64,000 nucleotides of DNA from an uncultured delta proteobacterium. Lineage in GTDB: Bacteria; Myxococcota_A; Polyangia; Polyangiales; Polyangiaceae. A program made the position numbers and the translations under genes. How positions within the stretch are numbered: the first letter of the stretch is position 1; each line of letters opens with the position of its first letter. This document shows positions 62,689-64,000 of the stretch, piece by piece. The stretch spans positions 3,424,001 to 3,488,000 of the forward strand of contig CAWDXG010000004.1 in assembly GCA_963806225.1 (NCBI GenBank), given 5' to 3'. The notes below the pieces were generated by a model. It had not been told where the DNA came from. It saw only the letters and a program-made list of their open reading frames with translations, and made no database searches.

Positions 62689-63081
62689 TCAGACGCGGCG
62701 GCGCTTGGGCGGGCGGCAACCGTTGTGAGGAATCGGGGTCACGTCGCGGATCAGCGTGACCTTGAAGCCGGTCTGCTGCAGTGCACGAAGCGCGCTCTCG
62801 CGGCCCGCGCCGGGACCCTTCACGAACACCGCCACCGAGCGCATGCCGTGCTCCATCGCGCGGCGCGCTGCTTCTTCGGCCGCGAGCTGGGCGGCGAAGG
62901 GCGTGCTCTTGCGCGAACCCTTGAAGCCGCGTGCGCCGGCGCTCGCCCACGAGACGGTGTTGCCGTTCACGTCGGTGATCGTGACGATGGTGTTGTTGAA
63001 GGTGGACTTGATGTGGGCGATGCCGGCGCCGATGTTCTTGCGGACGACCTTCTTGGTGCTGCGCTTCTTCGTGGCTGCCAT
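62689..63081 (-). CDS. rpsK: 30S ribosomal protein S11
   Basis: [15 protein letters not shown] and [18 protein letters not shown] motifs. Confidence 0.99.
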   Translation of the reverse strand: MAATKKRSTKKVVRKNIGAGIAHIKSTFNNTIVTITDVNGNTVSWASAGARGFKGSRKSTPFAAQLAAEEAARRAMEHGMRSVAVFVKGPGAGRESALRALQQTGFKVTLIRDVTPIPHNGCRPPKRRRV

Positions 63082-63117
63082 GATGCGATACTCGAGTGCT
63101 CGGGGTTGTCCGTTCGA

Positions 63118-63486
63118 CTACTTGCGGCGGGCCATCACGCCCTTGCGCGGGCCCTTGCGGGTGCGCGCGTTGGTGTGCGTGCGCTGACCGTTGACCGGCA
63201 GGCCCTTGCGGTGACGGAGGCCGCGGTAGCAGCCGAGGTCCATCAGGCGCTTGATGTTCTGCTGCACCTCGCGGCGCAGGTCGCCTTCGACCTTCACGCT
63301 CGCGTCGATGGTGTCGCGGATCGCCTTCACGTCGGCGTCGCTCAGCTCGTCGACCTTGCGGTCCTCGGGGATGTTGGCCTTCTTGCAGATCATCATGGCC
63401 GTCGCGTCACCGATACCGAAGATGTACGGCAGGGCGAAACGGATGGCCTTGCGGCGGGGCAGGTCGACTCCAGCGATGCGTGCCAT
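63118..63486 (-). CDS. rpsM: 30S ribosomal protein S13
   Basis: [10 protein letters not shown] and [26 protein letters not shown] motifs. Confidence 0.99.
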   Translation of the reverse strand: MARIAGVDLPRRKAIRFALPYIFGIGDATAMMICKKANIPEDRKVDELSDADVKAIRDTIDASVKVEGDLRREVQQNIKRLMDLGCYRGLRHRKGLPVNGQRTHTNARTRKGPRKGVMARRK

Positions 63487-63502
63487 TTGCTAGTCCTCTT
63501 CC

Positions 63503-63616
63503 TCAGCCCTGGCGCTGCTTGTGGCGCGGGTTCTCGCAGATCACGCGCACGATGCCGCGGCGCTTGATGACCTTGCACTTGTCGCAGATTTTCTTGACGC
63601 TGGGACGGACCTTCAT
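63503..63616 (-). CDS. rpmJ: 50S ribosomal protein L36
   Basis: Hand translation gives [37 protein letters not shown]; not in the ORF track. Confidence 0.97.
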   Translation of the reverse strand: MKVRPSVKKICDKCKVIKRRGIVRVICENPRHKQRQG

Positions 63617-63845
63617 GACTGCTGCCTTCTCTGTGTCTCTGAGAGCTTGCTTCGTTGAATCTGGCCCCGACCGGGGTCGTGCGGGGAAAGCTCTGACGTT
63701 CTACCTGGCACCCCGAGATGAGCCGGACGATTGCGTGGCGAAGTGCTGGGGCGAGGCTGGCGCGGACGGTTCGGCCGTCGTCGAGACGCACCCGGTACAT
63801 GGCCTTGGGCAACACCTCTTCAATCACGCCTGCTCTGTCCGTCAC
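63613..63845 (-). CDS. infA: Translation initiation factor IF-1-like, divergent (apparent frameshift ~63693)
   Basis: [24 protein letters not shown], then [11 protein letters not shown] in a shifted frame. Occupies the canonical position upstream of rpmJ. Confidence 0.7.
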
Positions 63846-64000
63846 ATCCGCCCTTGGCCTCCTCGTGTTGTGTCTAGCTCTTCCAGAGCCTTTGAAAATG
63901 CGTTCGGTCACTTCGGCCGGAGTTCCCACGCCGTCGATGCGACGTAGCAGCCCGGCCTTCTCGTAGAACGGCAGCAGGGCTGCCGTCATCGCGTCGTATT
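63842..64000 (-). CDS. adk: Adenylate kinase, 3' end (runs off the window)
   Basis: YDAMTAALLPFYEKAGLLRRIDGVGTPAEVTERIF resembles the Adk C-terminus, in the canonical position. Probable indel ~63893. Confidence 0.8.

Overview
A very GC-rich 64-kb chromosomal segment. Gene content (many Hanks-type Ser/Thr kinases, PEGA, Cys-rich and MYXO-CTERM-like proteins, a split atp operon) points to a myxobacterium, probably Polyangiaceae-like; this is an inference. Housekeeping genes include recA, ftsK, rseP, lpxC, atpZ/I/B/E, rdgB, acyP and the adk-infA-rpmJ-rpsM-rpsK-rpsD-rpoA-rplQ block. These are interleaved with dense signalling and envelope loci. At least 13 genes, including essential rpoA and rpsD, carry apparent 1-nt indels, best explained as long-read sequencing errors. 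No rRNA, tRNA, CRISPR array, transposase or prophage was seen. The most interesting signals are: (1) a pseudokinase-TM-DsbA-DsbA fusion next to SurA and a MYXO-CTERM/beta-barrel pair; (2) a tight five-gene operon of a MinD-like/J-like/HTH protein, a GT-C glycosyltransferase, a V4R-like sensor kinase, a LysM protein and a kinase; (3) an RHH-FHA protein; (4) a recA locus with a sigma70 promoter containing an SOS-like box, a DnaA-box cluster and a downstream SprT-like protease; (5) a two-copy ~125-bp intergenic element carrying a perfect G-quadruplex motif; (6) an operon of two histidine kinases flanking an Fe-S protein, followed by a tandem palindromic operator.
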